64,000 bases of DNA from Azolla caroliniana (GCA_043228905.1 JBHGNT010000022.1:4712001-4776000), one strand, 5' to 3'. Positions 1 to 13,696 are shown, counted from the stretch's first letter. Translations and numbers: made by a program. The notes: generated from the sequence alone by a model not told the origin.

Positions 1-3000
1 GTAGAGGGCCCAAGGGGAAAGACCCATATAGATGTGTATGGTGTGATAGTGTAGATCATGCAAGGAAAGATTGTGCTAGCCGTCAAGAGGCAATTCGACA
101 AAACCTCGTCTACATGGAAGGCAACATTATACACTAAAGTGAGACTCGAAAGCCCTTGCAAGTGAATTTTGGTAGGGGGGGTCTAAAGAAAATCATAGAT
201 GAGGCCGATGCGAGCCATGTTGAAGCTATACACTATGCCACATCCGCCGGTATAAGAATTAGGAAGGAGAAGCTTGGAATGATTAAACCGGAATGGGGTT
301 TTGGCTGACCGTCCTCGAATGGGAAAGAAAAAGGAAGATTAATTCGGATAATGCAAAGCTAGCCAACCTTCAAGTACGAGACCTTACCGGGTGGGCGGAT
401 CCGGTTGATAACAACATGATCTCAGCAAAGGTCATATGCGAAACCCACGAAGTGTTTGTGGATGAGAAACGGAAGATGACGGATCTAGATGAAGACCCTT
501 CTAAGAAACAGGACACAAGAAGATTTAAGAAGTAGGAAGAGATGATCAAGACCACACGTCAAGAAGATGGAAGGTCAAACAAGAGAGCCGAGGAACCAAC
601 TCAACCCATTGAAGAGAATGCCAAGAAGGGGAAGGATAGATCGATGAAAACATACAAATTAAGGTCGGATATTGAACAAACAACTAACTTAAGAAAGGTT
701 CTTGAAGAAAGAGTGCTCGATAGCCGTATTGACCTTACATTGAGAGAACTACTTGGAATTGCAAAGAAGGAGTTCCATGAGACCATCGTCGATCTTATCA
801 AACCTAAAAGACAACCAACGGATGAGGAAGAGAGAATTTCGACAAAGGTGACAACCAATGCCATAACTATGTCAAGAATGGAAGAGAATGAAGAAGATCT
901 AGTTGACAATCATTATGCACGACCCCATTGGACGAGAGCGACAACGGAAACTCCGGGGAAGATTGGAGAGAAGAAAGAGAAGGTTGTGGCTCTTATAGAC
1001 CACAAATCAGAGATTAACCTCATGTCGACGGATTTCTAGAAGAAGGGAAAATGGCCAATCAACACAAACCATGGATGGAAGATTCGGTGATTCTTAGGCA
1101 ACCCTACATAACATCATCAAGGATGGAGACTAAGTGTTCGATAGTGGAACAACATGGTGAAGAGTCTTGATGGTCAAAAATCGGTTCAATTCTTGATAGT
1201 GCGAGCTAATCATGAGAGGAACCGAGATAGCCTCAGAGATGAGGCCTCGGATTTTTAACACGGACTATTGAAGAATGGGGCAAAGATAGTCGGAGAAAAA
1301 GTAAGTCCCCGAAAAGAAGAAAGAAGCAAGAAGGGCAACTATATTTAGCACCTAATGGTGTGTGTGGGATGACTACACTCGATGAGAGAGAGAAGCGCCA
1401 AGTTCAAAACTTTGAACATTGGCTAAACGAACAAGGAATATTAGAAGAAGAAGACAACATATAATGGGTCATGGATGAAGCCTCATTTAACGATACAATC
1501 GGAGAAATAGAGAGTATCGTGGACTAGAGCCTTCATGAGCAACATACGATTCAAGTAAACTTCATCAACATGTATACGCCATCGACGAATGCCGACGAGG
1601 GGTCATGGAGGAGTTGGTCAAAGTAAACACAAAATATAAATCAGTAGATAAGAAGGTCAAGCCAGTACCTATTCCGTTACCGGAGGATAGTTGGCAAAGG
1701 ATGAAAGAAGTTATCAAGGATCCAAGTCTCAGAGACCCAAAAGGGATAGGCCATACCTTCACCGACGAATCAAGAGGGAAACTCCAAGTCGGGACAGATG
1801 TCTTCCTTCTCCCTGAAGAAGAAGAAAGGTTTCGGATGATGCGTGAGAGACATGGGAAAGCCTTCACCTTCTCTCCACAAGAAATCGGATGTGCCAATCC
1901 GAAGATGATAGAGCCGATGGTGATATTTACGGTGCCGCATGTACCTTGGAACCTCAAGCCAATACCAGTTCCAAGAGCTCACATTCAGAAGTTGATTGAG
2001 CTTCTAAATGAAAAGGTTAGGAGGGGAATTCTTGAGCCGTCCAATGCTCCCTACTCCAATAGATGGTTTACGGTGCGGAAGAAGAATGGGGCCTTACGCT
2101 TCATTCAAGATCTCCAACCCGTCAACAAGGTGACGATCCGAAATGCCAGAATTGGTCCAAGCATGGATGAATTTTCCGAAGCCTTCACGGGAAGATTGAT
2201 CTATTCCATTGGTGATCTCTACTCGGGCTATGATCAATTTCAATTGGCAGTCGATAGTAGAGACATTACAACAATGAGGACACCGATCGGGTTGGTAAGG
2301 ATGTGCACCTTACCCTAAGGTGCGACAAACTCCGTAGCCCACATGGGGAATGCCATGAACAAAGTGTTAAATGATTGTATTCCTCATATCACAATGCCTT
2401 TCTTAGATGACATTCGGATCAAAGGATGCTCGGTGGAAGAAAAAGATGAATCAAAAGATGAAGATGGTTGCCAAAGATTCATCATCGATCATATAAAGGA
2501 TAGCGAGAAGGTGTTGCAAAAGCTTATTGATGCAAATCTCACGTTTTCGGGAGAGAAGTCCGCATTTGGTCAACCAGAAATATTGGTAGTAGGACACTTA
2601 TGTGGATCTTATGGCCGGAAGCCATCTCCATCCAAGGTGAATGCTATCCAAGCGATGAAAGAGGAGTGTGAGTCCCAAATAGAGGTGAAAAGATTCTTGG
2701 GAGCATGTGCATTCTACCACATATGGATTCCATATTATGCCCATGGTGCTGAACCATTGTATGGACTACTAAAGAAAAGGAAGAAGTTTGAATGGGAAGA
2801 CGAGCATACCTACGCGGTTCAAAAGTTGAAGAAACTATTATTGGAAGCTCCAGCATTGTGCAAAGCCGACTACACTGAAGGTACCCCGATATATGTGACA
2901 GTAGATACGAGCCCAACCAGAATTGGATGGGTGATTAACCAAGAAGACAAAGACAAAAATCAGTATGAAATCCAATTTGGTGCAAAGGTGTTGACCGAAA

Positions 3001-3866
3001 TACAAAGAAAATACGCCCAAGTAAAGAGAGAGCTATGGGGGATAGAATCCGCGGTTAAAACCAATCGTGGCTACCTTATCGGAACGGAAGTCATAATTGA
3101 AACTGATTGCCTACCTATTCTCGGGATGATATTCGGTTGTGCTACGCCGGATATTGCTATGCTACGATGGATTGCCTATATCAAGTCGCTCAACCCCGAG
3201 ATTCGACATATAACTGGGAAACATAATGTGGTGGCCGATATGTTGTCAAGGGCAAGGTACGAGGGTGAAGAAGATCTGCGCTCCGATGAAGAGGATGTTG
3301 GCCTAAACTTCTTTACGATTTCTTGTGCTCGGGTGCCAGAGGTGTTTAAAGTAGAAGATTATGAGGGTGAATTCATCGAAATTGGCAAGTACTTAAGCTC
3401 TCTTACAAAGGATAAATCATGGTCAAAGGAAGACTTCTACCGAATTAGGAAGAAGGCCTACAAGTTCTTCCTCAAAGAAGGACATCTATGGAAGTTTCCA
3501 AAGAGGAAGAATGGAACTCCACTTCGAGTGGTGTGCAAGAAACAAGATCAACAAACACTAATTGCTTAATTTCATGATAGTGTGTGGGTAGGTCATCGAG
3601 ATATACGGGCAACTTTTTCAAAGTTCAAGGAGAAGTATTGGTGGCCGGGTGTTTACAAAGATGTAGCAAGCTATGTTGAAACATGTGCGCAATGCCAATT
3701 ATAATCGAATGTTCGACATAGGGATGAACTTCATCTGACATATCCATTACCAATGCACTATAAGTGGTTGGGAGACATTGTGCTTATGCCAATGGGATTG
3801 TGGCAAATGAGATACCTCGTGCTAGCAAGAGAGGATCTCACCAACCAAGTAGAAGGTCGGCCACTA
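1..3866 (+). mobile_element. Ty3/Gypsy LTR retrotransposon internal region (family A), decayed, cut by the window start and truncated inside integrase
   Basis: CCHC knuckle CVWCDSVDHARKDC near 33-74; protease ALIDHKSEINLM near 990-1025; RT (PSNAPYSNRWF, DLYSGYDQF, PFLDD); RNase H (VDTS...ELWGI...IETDC...NVVADMLSR); integrase Zn finger (GH...YWWP...CAQC) near 3590-3700. Many stops and frameshifts. Confidence 0.93.
1605..3866 (+). pseudogene. pol: pol (RT-RNase H-partial integrase) of family A Gypsy, interrupted by stops
   Basis: ORFs 1605-2318 and 2343-3569 are one frame broken by a TAA; integrase sequence continues to NQVEGRPLR at about 3866. Confidence 0.9.
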
Positions 3867-4553
3867 AGGATGACAAGATGTGAAGCCGAGTCTTGCATGA
3901 AGAAGTGTTGATCAATCTCCACATCCCCAATCATGACATTAACATTGGGGCAAGCTCCGTACAAGTCCTCTTTGGCCTTCATTGCCGCTCGAATCTTCCA
4001 TCCGTGGTTTGTATTAATCGGCCACCTTCCTTTTTTGTAGAACTCGGTCGACATGAGGTGGATCTCCGAGCCATGGTCAATCAAGGCCACCACGATCTCT
4101 TTCTTCTCCCCAATCTTAACCAGCGTCTCCGTTGTTGCTCTTGCCCAATGAGGCCGAGAGTAATGGTTGTCCGCCATTACTTCTTCTTCTTGCTCCGCTT
4201 CCGATCTTGCCATGGTTATTGCACTTGTTTTTGCCTCCTCTTTATCCGATTGTTGTCTCTTTCGCTTAATTAGGTCCGCGATAGTATCATGGAACTTCTT
4301 CTTAGCAATCCCAATCAGTTCTCTCAAAGTAAGGTCGACATGACTATCTAAAACCATCACTGCTCCTCTTCCGATCTTGCCATGATTACTGCACTTGTTT
4401 TAACCTCCCCTTCGCCGATTGTTGCCACATTCGATTAATCAGGTCCACGATAGTATCATGGAACTCCTTCTTAGTGATCCCAAATAGTTCTCTCAAAGTA
4501 AGGTCGACATGACTGTCTAAAACCTTCTCCTCAAGGACCTTCCTCAAGTTGTT
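3867..4553 (-). mobile_element. Inverted gag C-terminus/protease fragment of a family A element, with internal duplication
   Basis: ORF 3758-4360 (VLDSHVDLTLRELIGIAKK...HYSRPHWARATTET...ALIDHGSEIHLM) is homologous to ORF 542-1039 but on the opposite strand; 4360-4553 repeats its start. Confidence 0.88.
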
Positions 4554-4990
4554 TCGTGCGTGTGCGTGTCCGACCAAGTCATGCACGTATCCATGCGCAC
4601 GCGCGTTCCGACCAAGCTGTGCAAGAATCCGTGTGCGTGCACGTCCCAACCGAGCCGTGCACACATCCCGACCCATCACTGAGTTGTGCACGCATCCGTG
4701 TGCGCATGTGATTGTCTAAAACCTTCACCTCAAGGACCTTCCTCAAGTTGTTCCGTGTGTGCATACGTCCCAAACGAGCTATGCACGCATCCCGACCCAT
4801 CATCGAGTCATGTACGGATCCGTGCGCGTGCATGTGACTGTCTAAAACCTTCTCCTCAAGAACCTTCCTCAAGTTGTTCCATATGCGCGCGCATACCGAC
4901 CGAGCCGTGGAAGCATCCGTGCGAGTGCGTCCCGACCAAGCCGTGCACGTTTCGACCGACCCGCGACGGAGCCATACACTACGAATGCTC
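4511..4990. repeat. Composite repeat: three copies of a ~43-bp gag-derived unit interleaved with CG-rich CCGACC(G/A)AGCCGTGCACG-type units
   Basis: GACTGTCTAAAACCTTCTCCTCAAGGACCTTCCTCAAGTTGTT at 4511, 4710 and 4836, separated by GTGCGTGC/CCGACC-rich degenerate repeats. Confidence 0.85.
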
Positions 4991-5097
4991 AAAACAATCC
5001 ACACACTACGGATCGCTCCAAATAGGTCGTGCATTATGGACAACCCATGCACCAAGCACCTAGACATGAAGTGATGGTTTGAGATCTACTTAGGTGA

Positions 5098-5382
5098 AAG
5101 CATGGGAATGGGAACAATTAGCTATGTCCTTGACATAGCTAATTAGCTATCTAAAAAGCTATATGTAATCTGTATATTTTGGCAAATTTAGGGATGATTA
5201 GAATTTGATCTCAAAAAAAGACTAGTTAAACGGTGGACCATAAATGGTAATAGTTCCAGCTCCATAATAAATGATACGTATCTTTAAGATCTTCCTACTA
5301 AAAGTTAGCTATAAAAAAAACTATTTAGCTATGGTCATTTTAGCAGCTAAATAGCTATAATAGTGTTTCCATTCGCATGCTT
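5098..5382. mobile_element. Candidate MITE (about 285 bp, AT-rich, TAGCTA-rich)
   Basis: Imperfect TIRs AAGCATGGGAATGGGAACA (5098-5116) and TGTTTCCATTCGCATGCTT (5364-5382), matching at 17/19; no coding capacity; no clear TSD. Confidence 0.5.
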
Positions 5383-5604
5383 ATGTGGGATCTGACATTG
5401 TCCTATCTATGTGGGATATCTCACAGTTTTGTTTTCCTCATCTTCTCAACTTCATACACACATAACTTGATACTTAGTTGTTCATTTCATATGTAGAAAA
5501 ATGTGTTTGAAAGCTCTTGAAGACGTTCATCTTTTTGTACTAAGAAATTTAAGCTAATGTAAAACAATTATTTCACTATTTTTTTATATCGTGTTTGAAG
5601 AACC

Positions 5605-6670
5605 ACACGACACCACACGCCTGGAACGAAGATGGGGTTTGCTCCATCGAAATTAGACTCTTCATTTTCATCCGGTGAGGTCGGAACAGGCCGGTGAGCA
5701 TATTGCTCTATGTGGATGATCTTGTCCTCCCCGACGCTGATCTCACCGAAATTGGCCACATAAAATCCTAGCTCACGGCATCATTCGAAATGAAGGATCT
5801 CGACGACCTTTATTACTTCCCCGGGATTGAAGTGGTCGATAAGCCTGAAGGCATACTTATAAGCGAGCGACATTGTGTGCTGAGTATGCTCTTCAAATTC
5901 GGTATGACAGAATGCAAGTTCCTCTCAACTCCTCTAGATAGGAATGTGAAGATTCGCCTTGACTCCAGAACGACATGCGACCTGAAAAGGTTCCGACAAA
6001 TAGTCGGAAGCCTCATATATCAGACCATCACCTGGCCGAACCTCAACCATCTGGTTGGATTGATTAGTCAATTTATGGCGCATCCAACTGTGGAGCACCT
6101 TAAGTGCGCGCACCAAATCCTGAGGTATGTTAGCGGCACTAAGGACATGGTGTTGTTGTATCGGGCCGGTGTAGCCAAACATCTTGTCGGCTACACGGAT
6201 GCCAATTGGGCTGGAAATGCTGGCAACCGTAGGTCGACATCTAGATATGTGTTTTTACTTGGAAGTGCCACGGTCACCTGGAGTTGTAACAATTAGCCGA
6301 CTATAGCACATTCGAGCACCGAGGTCGAGTACTGAGCAGCAGCTGTCGCGACATGCGAAGCCATATGGCTCAAGAGGGTTCTGAAGGATTTGTGAATGGA
6401 GGTGTCTAATCAGACAACGATCTATTTCGGCAACCTCAACAACATCACATTGGCTAAGAACCCCATCTTTCACGCCTGAACAAAACACATCGAGGTGCAC
6501 TATCATTTTGTTTGTGAGCGAGTTGTCTCCGGTGAAGTGGAACTACTTCATGTTCCGACTGATTGATAGGTTGCCGATATCTTCATCAAACCCCTTGGCT
6601 TAGACAAGTTGCAACAATTCTCCGGTCCACTTGGTGTGCAGTACCTCGATATGCCGAACTTGAGGGGGAG
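5605..6670 (+). pseudogene. pol: Ty1/Copia RT-RNase H fragment
   Basis: LKKPH..PRAW, YVDD, FEMKDL, RQIVGSLIY, GYTDANWAG, TKHIEVHYHF, ADIFIK; ends at the PPT-like TGAGGGGGAG (6661-6670). Confidence 0.92.
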
Positions 6671-6871
6671 AAACGAGAGGAATGAGAGGAATGACGAAAG
6701 GAATGATAGAGACGGCCGAACCGAGAAACCCGATACCGATTCCGATTTCGGCCTGATTGAAGAAGCCGAGACCGGACGAAGGGGGAGCCACCGGAACAGA
6801 AAGCCCATGACGGAGCCAACCGAAAAAGGGGGAGGCAAAGCTGGAAAGACAAAGACATGGACGTGGGCCGA

Positions 6872-7554
6872 TGTCGTGAAAGGTCTGGGAATCAAAGACG
6901 AATCGGAGACAACCGATTCGATCAAGAGTAGAAATGAATCAAATGTACCCGATTCAATCAAAATGTTCGATTCGGAGGAGCCGAATCTACGATGGGCCAA
7001 GCTGACAAAAAGGCAACCGAAGTTAACGTCGAGACAGAGGAGGCACTCCGTTGTCGTAAAGGAAAACGAAGGTTCATCATTCTGTTTCCCGTGTGTGTGT
7101 GTGTGTCTGTTGAGAACGCGTAGCTCTATTCTCGGTTGCGCCCGGTTGTACTCTTTCTCATTCTCTGCTAATCATTAGTTTTGCTGAGTTCCCTCCCGTG
7201 TTGGGTTTTTTGCGTTGTTCCTACTTGTGGCGTGTTTGCCATGCCTCCAAGATCGTGTCCTTACTCCCCATTCTATTTTTGTTGTGTGCATGTTTGAATC
7301 CATGAGCCGTGAGTTCATCACTGTTGTCCGGCATCCTGTCCGGAACTACAAACTTCTTTAGGCCCGTGCGCCAACAGGTCGGGATCCGGCTATCCCTCGA
7401 GATCGGAGACGCACCCGGACACTGGGACACCGGGTGCGTGACCGGAAACCGATCCACTGACTATATCCGGAAGACCTACCTACTAACACGGGCTCCTTGG
7501 TTTGAGACCCTCGTGGTGCTCCCCTTCCACACATCCACGCGGAATACTGCGACA
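6872..7554 (+). repeat. 5' LTR
   Basis: TGTCGTGA...CTGCGACA; segments 6910-7022 and 7300-7410 align with 10650-10880; followed directly by a PBS. Confidence 0.75.
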
Positions 7555-7576
7555 TCTTTAGTGAACCCGACGTGAA
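7555..7576 (+). promoter_or_regulatory. Primer-binding site, tRNA-Trp type (one mismatch)
   Basis: TAGTGAACCCGACGTGAA versus TGGTGAACCCGACGTGAA, the complement of the plant tRNA-Trp 3' end. Confidence 0.75.
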
Positions 7577-10500
7577 AGGTGCAGTAGAGGAGTCCGAAGA
7601 TGAGAGGAAGTGAGCTCAGTGAAGCCGTGGTGGTGGCCGCCGACCGTCTAATAAACACTCGAGAGAGCACAAGTGCACTTGACAAGGCCATCGAAATGAT
7701 CATCAACATGATAGGCCGATTTGATGGGACGAACGTGACAAGCTATCTTGAGGCCTACCGGGCCGAGATGATAATGAGGGACATCCCGGAGGACAAACAA
7801 TTGTCTGGATTTCCCTGGGTGGTGACACCGAGCATTGATACGAAGGTGCTCAAGGTTCAGGCTGATTGCCGGAACTGGGAAGAGTTCGAAGGATGGCTCC
7901 TCAAGAGGTACGTTTTGACGACTCGCTCGAACTATCAAAATGGGAATTCATGGAGTGGGTCGAGAGACCTGGAAATGGAAGGAATACAACGGTGTTCCTC
8001 CAAGAGTTCAAAAAACGATTCGCTCGGTTCTTAGCTCTGGACTGGACTGGACTGTGCTTGGTACGAGTCGGGTCCTACTATTCATCAAGTTGGTAGAGCA
8101 CTTGATTGGGAGAAGGTGGGGAGGATCTTCTCTTGTAGACAGATGAAGGGCTCATGACGGATTGGGTCGTCGTTAAGAGAGTATGTAGTCGTTTCGACAA
8201 GTGGCGGGAGTAGAACGATGCGGGGGCGTCATCGGGCCGGGCCGACTGCCGGAAAGAGGACGGAGGAGATCTTGACTTGGTGTGAGACCTCCAGATTGCC
8301 CAGACCCAAAGGGAAGGCGGTAGCCAATTACGTGATTGGCACCCACCGAACGACTAGAGATGCATGTGATGCGATGGCATCGGCCACATGCAAAGACAGT
8401 GCACCGATTGCCGTGAAGCACTCAAGAACAATGTTGTGTACCTTTGGAACGGACGGGTGCACGCATGCGACACGCGAAGTCCTCTCGAGGTGAACACCAG
8501 ACGAGGCGGCGTGAAGACGAAGCTGTAGCCAGGAACGCCAAGGCCATTCACTACTCGGTGTCGGCAGGGATCCGGGTAGGAGGAGAGAAGGGCATTAGGC
8601 CTGGAAGCAATATCGGACTTTTGCCGCTTGTGCCAGAGGGCCTATCTAGCGTGAGGCTAAGGAAGAAAGAGGCGGACCGCGCGGAGAAGCAGGTCCAAGA
8701 GGGCACTAGATGGGACGATCGGATAGAAGAGAAAACCGGTCACTTGTGTGGGCCATACAACTAGAGACCGTCTTTGATGAAGGTAGAGGTCATCTCGGCG
8801 ATGAAGGAGGAGTGTTGGTCGGTCACGGGAGTCCGATGGTTCCTGGGGGGGTGTGCCTTCTACCACATTTGGATTCCGGACTACGTGCATATCGTTGAGC
8901 CGCTCTATGGCTAGTTGAAGAAAGGCCAGAAATTCGAATGGAACAACGAGCACACAAAGGCGGTCCGACGATTAAATGAAAATCTAGCAGCGACACTAGC
9001 TCTTCGGAAAGCGGTGTACAAGATGGACACTCCGGTTTACGTAATTATGGATACGAGTCTGACCGAAGTCAGATGGGTGGTTAATTAGGAAGGAGAGGGC
9101 GGTGCACATTTCCCCATCTGGTTCGGTGCCAAGGTGCTGAGCGAGCGGCAATGAGGATACGCCCAAGTTAAACGCAAACTCAGACTAATTGATCGGGAAG
9201 GAAGTGATAATGGTGACGGACTGCACGACTATGGACTTGGCGATGCTTAGGTGGATCGCATACATCAAGTCCCTAAATCTAGAGATACGACACATCTCTG
9301 GAAAGGACAACACCATTGCCGATATGATCTCAAGAGCACAGTTCGAGAATGAGAACGACAAGGTGTCAGAAGATGAAGAGGTCGGTGTGGAGTTCTTCGA
9401 GTTGGCTCGAATGTTGGTGAACAAGTGGAGCATTCCGGTTTTGAATGAGTTCAACGAGAACGACTACGATGGGTAGTGGCGCCAAATTGGTAAGTTCCTA
9501 AGCACATTGGGGCCAGACACAGCATGGACGAAAGACGAAGCGAGCCGGAGTCGGAAGAAGGCTTACCGGTTTTTCCTACGGAATGGTAAGATATGGAAGC
9601 ACTCGAGGAGATGGACAAACACACCACTCCAGGTGGTGACGAAGAAAGACGACCAAATGGTGCTCCTATCGAAGTTTCACGAAAGCCCGTGGTGCTTGCA
9701 AGGGAAAATCTGGTGAACTAGGTGGAGGGCCGGGCCTTAACGAACAAGACGATTGCCGTTGTTTGCCGGTTCTTGATCGAGGATGTGATCTGCCGGTTGG
9801 GAAAGATTGTAGCCAATCGAGGGGAGTTGGACGCGTGAGAAGCTGAGGAGCTATTTAACCAGCTGGGGGGTCAAGCTTTCCTTCACAAGGGTGTACAATC
9901 CGGAGGCGAACGGGAAGGTCGAGCAAGGACATGGGCCGATCGTGAGGGCTATAGTACGAGCAGGCAGTGGTCAAATGGGAATCTTGCCAAGGCTCCTGCC
10001 TTACGCACTGTGGGGCGACCAGACTACGCCTAATTCAGTAACCGGGTACAATATGGTTGAAGTTATGTTCGGGCAGAAATCGATCATGCCAGTGGAGGGG
10101 ACAATCTCTTCATGATGGCGGTCGATTGGGCAGATGATATGAGTAGAGAGGAGTTGTAGGCGGCGCGAATTCAACAACTCGAGCGAAGACCGGAGGAGAC
10201 GCGGAAGAAGAACAAGAACCGGTTTGACCAGACACACTGGCTCCGGCCAAAGAAGATTGAGGAAGGAGAATGGGTGTTGGTTTACAACAATAGCCTCGAC
10301 AACCAACACCAGTCAACCCAGAAATTTGCGAGGTGGTGGTTTGGACCCTACGTAGTGACAAGTGTAAACAACAATTAAATGTACCACCTGGCGGAGCTCG
10401 ACAAAATGAGGATCATAGTTTCAATCACGGGAAAACATATCAAGGCCTTCAAGAAACGACATGAAGCGGAACCAGATCTGGGGGATGAAGACAGAAGCGC

Positions 10501-10626
10501 TGGCGAGGGCAAGGAGTCGGATGAGGGTCAGACCGTTGTAGAGGAAGACGAGTGATGATTGAGCTAGCATCCCCACTCCTTCACTACTTGGCACATGCTA
10601 GAGGATGTGTGGTGTGGTGGGGTGTG

Positions 10627-10896
10627 TGTCGTGAATGATTCCGGCCGTAGGAGGAAAACGATTCGGTTGAGAGCAGAAATGAATTAGATGTACCCAATTC
10701 AATCGAAATGTTCGATTTTGAGGAGCCGAATCTACGATGGCCTAAGTGGACAAAAAGGAAGCCGAAGCCATGAGCCGTGAGCTCATCGTTATTGTTTGGC
10801 ATCCCGTCCGAAACTACACACTTCTTCAGGCCCGTGCACTGACCGGCGGGATTCGGGTATCGCTCCAGATCGGATACATGTCCAGAAACCGCGACA
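10627..10896 (+). repeat. 3' LTR (internally deleted)
   Basis: TGTCGTGA...CCGCGACA, preceded by the G-rich tract GGTGTGGTGGGGTGTG. Confidence 0.72.
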
Positions 10897-11542
10897 CGAG
10901 AAAACTCCCAAACGATTTTATTAAACTTTTTTTAAAGATAGAAGAACACAAAGAAGACTGTATACACACAATTTTATTAAACTCGTTTGATTAAACAGAC
11001 ATGATTTTTTTAAGAAAGAAGAATAGAAAGAAGACTATATATAAAAAAGAAGACTCCCAAATGATTTTATTAACAAACAGGAACAAAAAGAAAACTGTAT
11101 ATCAGAAAGAAGACAATCTCCCAAATGATTTTATTAAACTGTTTTTTTGCAATACAATTACTTTGTCCACTTTACAAGAAAATTGGTATGATATCCTTGT
11201 AGCTATAGATTCCATGGCATACTATTGTAAATACATTCATACACATTAGCACTAACTGTGTATAAGCCTGAGCAGTTATTGTATTGCGACATTGGGACGT
11301 TGATGCACTTGACCAAATGAGAGTACATGTATGCTACTGGTTTTTCTTCTAAAATCCTATACACATAATCGTAATCATCTAGTCTTGCATAAAAAATACC
11401 TTCGATGGCTGAATCGGGCTGAGGGCCGAGAGCCGAGAGCTGGGAGCCGAATCGAAGAAAGTTCGACTCGGGTGGGCCGAGTCGGAAGAATTCCAAAAAG
11501 GTCGTTGAGGGTCTATATTCCTATTATGGTAGATTGGAATAT

Positions 11543-13485
11543 TGTAGGAAAAATTAGTGTCATGCTCATTTATGAGCATTCAAGTACTGACGGTATTTGT
11601 GTCAGCCCACTAGTCAGGGGCTTGTATAAAAAGTGTTCACTGAGCACAATGTACATACAGAGTGTTCATTATTCGAAATTGAAGTTGTTGTCTGTTCTCT
11701 TTGTCTCTCTCTCTCTCACCATGCTCTGTGTTTGCCTAACTATCAAGTTTCCGAAACCAACTGTGTACTCAGTGTCTATCACACACGTATTCTTTTTCAT
11801 ACTTGCTCGAGGATCGAAAGCACATTCTCTGTACCCGTTATATGTCACATTCAAAGAGGGTAGCTTGTTTCTCATTGATATTCCTGTGTCATCATTATGG
11901 TAGGACAACTTGGACACCTCAAATTGAAGCTGATCCAGCTAGATGTAAAACCGTCCTTTCTCCATGGCGATCTAGAGGAGGAAATTAATATGGAGCAATC
12001 GAAAGGGTTTGTGGAATCTGGTCAGGAACATCTACTCTGCCGACTCAAAAAGAGTCTTATTAACCTAAACCAGGCACCGAGACAATGGTACAAGAAGTTC
12101 AACAACTTCATCCAATAAGTTGGCTTCTCAAAGAGCGATGAGGACCATTGTCTCTTCACCAAAACAGCTCAAGATGAGTCTCCCATCTTCCTCATCATCT
12201 ATGTGGCCGACATGCTACTCTCCAGTCAACATGTCGGAGATCTCACCGAACTTGTTTGACAACTGTGGTTGAAGTTTTTCATGAAGGACCTTGGTCCGGC
12301 AAGACACATTCTCGGGATGAAGATATGTTAGAATCAGATTTGACGACAATTGTTTCTTTATCAATCTGACTATATTGGATGTGTCTTAGTCTTCAACACA
12401 CATTCGGTCAAATTTGCTTTGACCCGGCTCCACATTAATCTTCAGTTGTCTTAGCAAGACTGCCCGACATCTAGTCCTGAGGGGGCAGTTATGAAGTTAG
12501 TACCATATGCACCGGAAGTTGGCTCCTTGATATACTCGATGGTTGCGACACGGCTTGACATTGGTCACGTCGTCAGAGTCATGAATAGATTTATGCACAA
12601 TCCCGACCGATCGCATTGGAATGCAGTTAAGAATGTGTTAAGATACCTTGTGGGCACAAAAGACCCGAATGATACATCAGGCGTAGTCGGTTATACTGAC
12701 TCGGACTTTGCCGGTTGTGTCGACAATCGAAAGTCAACTATCGTATATTGCTTCAAATTCGGCAATGAAGCAATCTCGTGGAAATCGAGACTTCAGGAGT
12801 GCACTGCCACATCAACAATTGAGGCTGAATACGTAGCCACGTCCGATGTAGCGAAAGAGGCTTTATGGCTCCGTTGGTTGGCGCACACATTTCGACAAGT
12901 CGAGTCCCACTTGGCTCCAGTTGTCTACATCGACAGTTAGGGTGATGTTGCTCTATCGAAAAATCTGGTTCATCACAGGGAATATCGATGTTTGATATCA
13001 CTTTGTTTGACATTGTGTCATTTCAAGGAAAATAGGCCTCGAGAAGATATCTACAACCGATAATGTCGCAGATGGGATGACCAAGTGTCTTTCGGCGGAT
13101 CGATTCTGATCCCGTCGGCATCAGATGGGCATAGAGAAGAATCAGTAAGATTGAGTTGGACATTTAGTACGTTCTCGGATAATCGACATCGACAGTTTGA
13201 AGCTGAGGTTCAGTTCTTCCAACTTCGGTCGACTCGGCCTTCTGTTCTCGGATTTTCCAACCTAGTTCATAAAGTTGTTGCTATTGTTGGAGAGTTATTG
13301 CCTCCATTATATTGTAACCATTTATGAACAAAACTGTTACATTGTGTGCCTCTTGATCTCTCCGTCTCTCTCATTTTGTTCTTTGATCTTGCTTTCATTT
13401 GTACACTCAGTGATCCTCATCTCAAAACACATAGTTCGAGTTCATCTGGTAGCATCTTTGGGCTACTGGTTTCGCATTGTGACAT
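11543..13485 (+). mobile_element. Decayed Ty1/Copia fragment (RT-RNase H) with LTR-like flanks
   Basis: LIQLDVK..FLHGDLEEEI, LKKSL..L.QAPRQWY, FFMKDLGPA, VPYA..VGSLIY, GYTDSDFAG, ISWKS; TATA- and CT-rich LTR-like segments at 11543-11893 and about 13310-13485. Boundaries approximate. Confidence 0.8.
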
Positions 13486-13696
13486 TGATCATGGCGTACG
13501 CGTGCAACGGAAAAGAAAAATGTGAATCTATAAAGTAAGCACTAGACTTCTTGTCAAAGAAAGAGGAGAAATAGAATAGCTTGTATTCATCTTTCCAAGA
13601 TGATTACAATAGTATTTCTTTTCTAGCTGATTACAATCATATTTCACGTCTAATGTTATTTCCCCCCTTGATAAGATTACTCATCCCCCTTTTATA

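Larger units (their letters stand above)
6872..10896 (+). mobile_element. Internally deleted Ty3/Gypsy element related to family A, with both LTRs
   Basis: Related TG...CA LTRs at 6872-7554 and 10627-10896, the latter with internal deletions. Gag IGRFDGTNVTSYLEAY; RNase H AMLRWIAYIKSL; integrase YNPEANGKVEQGH and WFGPY. RT is largely missing. No matching 5-bp TSD. Confidence 0.82.

Noticed and set aside
11331-11903. 190-aa hydrophobic ORF as a membrane protein or env gene
   Set aside because: It is a translation of CT-rich LTR-like sequence with no recognisable motif; the same applies to 40322-40680 and 60612-61028.
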